A stretch of 64,000 nt of DNA from Eledone cirrhosa (lineage: Eukaryota), in contig OZ024743.1 in NCBI GenBank assembly GCA_964016885.1, positions 2,356,001 through 2,420,000 of the forward strand, in the 5' to 3' direction. A program made the position numbers and the translations under genes. A model generated the notes under the pieces. It was given only the letters and a program-made list of their open reading frames with translations. It did not search any database and had not been told where the DNA came from. Shown piece after piece: positions 63,048 through 64,000 of the stretch. Each line of letters starts with the position of its first letter. Position 1 is the stretch's first letter.

Positions 63048-63386
63048 AAGTAACTCCGTCGGAAAGGTCCAGGAAAAAAGAGTGCTCTATGTAGGTTACA
63101 GAGCTTATTAGTTATGTAATAAACAACATAAGATAATTATTTCATTTACCAGTGGTTTCTTGAAAGCAAACAAAATTTGCTTTCAGTCATCAGAATGAAA
63201 AAATCCTGGTGTATTTATTGACAGTGGATTTTAAAAACAAAAATATAATCTATATGAAAGTGAGGCTGGAAAAGGAAGAATGAAAGGAAAAAGAATAAAT
63301 ATAAAGTAGATAAACGCACATGCACACACACACACGCACACACACATATACATACACACATACATATATACATATATACACATATA

Positions 63387-63400
<14 letters not shown>
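63043..63400 (-). mobile_element. 3' end of a PLE related to the 27.1-30.6 kb element
   Basis: Shares gagtgctctatgta.g...cagagc...taataaacaa and the tacca..ggtttc HHR context. Confidence 0.7.
63140..63200 (-). ncRNA. Type I hammerhead
   Basis: tttcatt-CTGATGA-c-tgaaagcaaa(ttttg)tttgctttca-a-GAAA-cc(act)gg-TA-aatgaaa. Confidence 0.85.
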
Positions 63401-63475
<75 letters not shown>

Positions 63476-63567
63476 CTGGAGTTGCGACCGATAGATAGTA
63501 TTAGCAATTGGAAAGACCAATGGAAACACTGTTTCCTCGGTCCGATTTGACGAAAGTCGATCGTTAG

Positions 63568-63654
<87 letters not shown>

Positions 63655-63658
<4 letters not shown>

Positions 63659-64000
63659 TATGTATACGTACATACATATATGTATACAGACGTACAGTAG
63701 TATGTATATATATATACATACATGCACACATATATATATGTACGTATGGATTCACCGAACATTTATTATAAGGCTCGGTGTGTTTGTAAACAAACATCCC
63801 GTATTAAGCCGTAGTGTCCAGCAACCACCGTTGCTCGTTTGTTCAACACTGACAAAGGAACGCTGTACTAGTTTTAAGCTTATTAGCTATCATCAGCAAC
63901 GTATACCTTCCTGCCAGATGATTGAACGTCCGAAAGTATATACTTTCCTTATGCATATTAACGGCTGAGTAGCTCAATTTGCATATCGAGTGGGTTAATC
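63655..64000 (-). mobile_element. Second copy of the 6804-7293 retrozyme-like family (runs off window); HHR 63861-63901 has GAAA>AAAA
   Basis: Collinear with about 6810-7170; minus strand cgttg-CTGATGA-t-agct(aata)agct-t-AAAA-cta-GTA-cagcg. Confidence 0.75.

Overview
AT-rich, microsatellite-laden animal genomic DNA. The SINE and repeat complement suggests a cephalopod, probably an octopod (inference). I recognise no intact host protein-coding gene; nearly all ORFs in the track are microsatellite translations. Contents: many tRNA-derived SINEs, decayed RTE-clade and CRE-like LINEs, two Penelope-like elements (PLE; RT and/or GIY-YIG) with inverted ends, two non-autonomous Helitrons, piggyBac/hAT/Tc1-pogo MITEs, minisatellites, a 200-N gap and a ~7.8 kb (TA)n block. 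The main signal is a set of about ten distinct small retroelement families, mostly inside (TA)n tracts, each carrying a complete or partial hammerhead ribozyme (HHR) motif. They include retrozyme-like units with terminal redundancy (6804-7293, 62276-62960) and fold-back palindromes built from only the 3' half of an HHR. One candidate HHR has its three strands in non-circularly permuted order (26636-26705, mirrored at 26366-26434). All folds were read by eye and none is tested.
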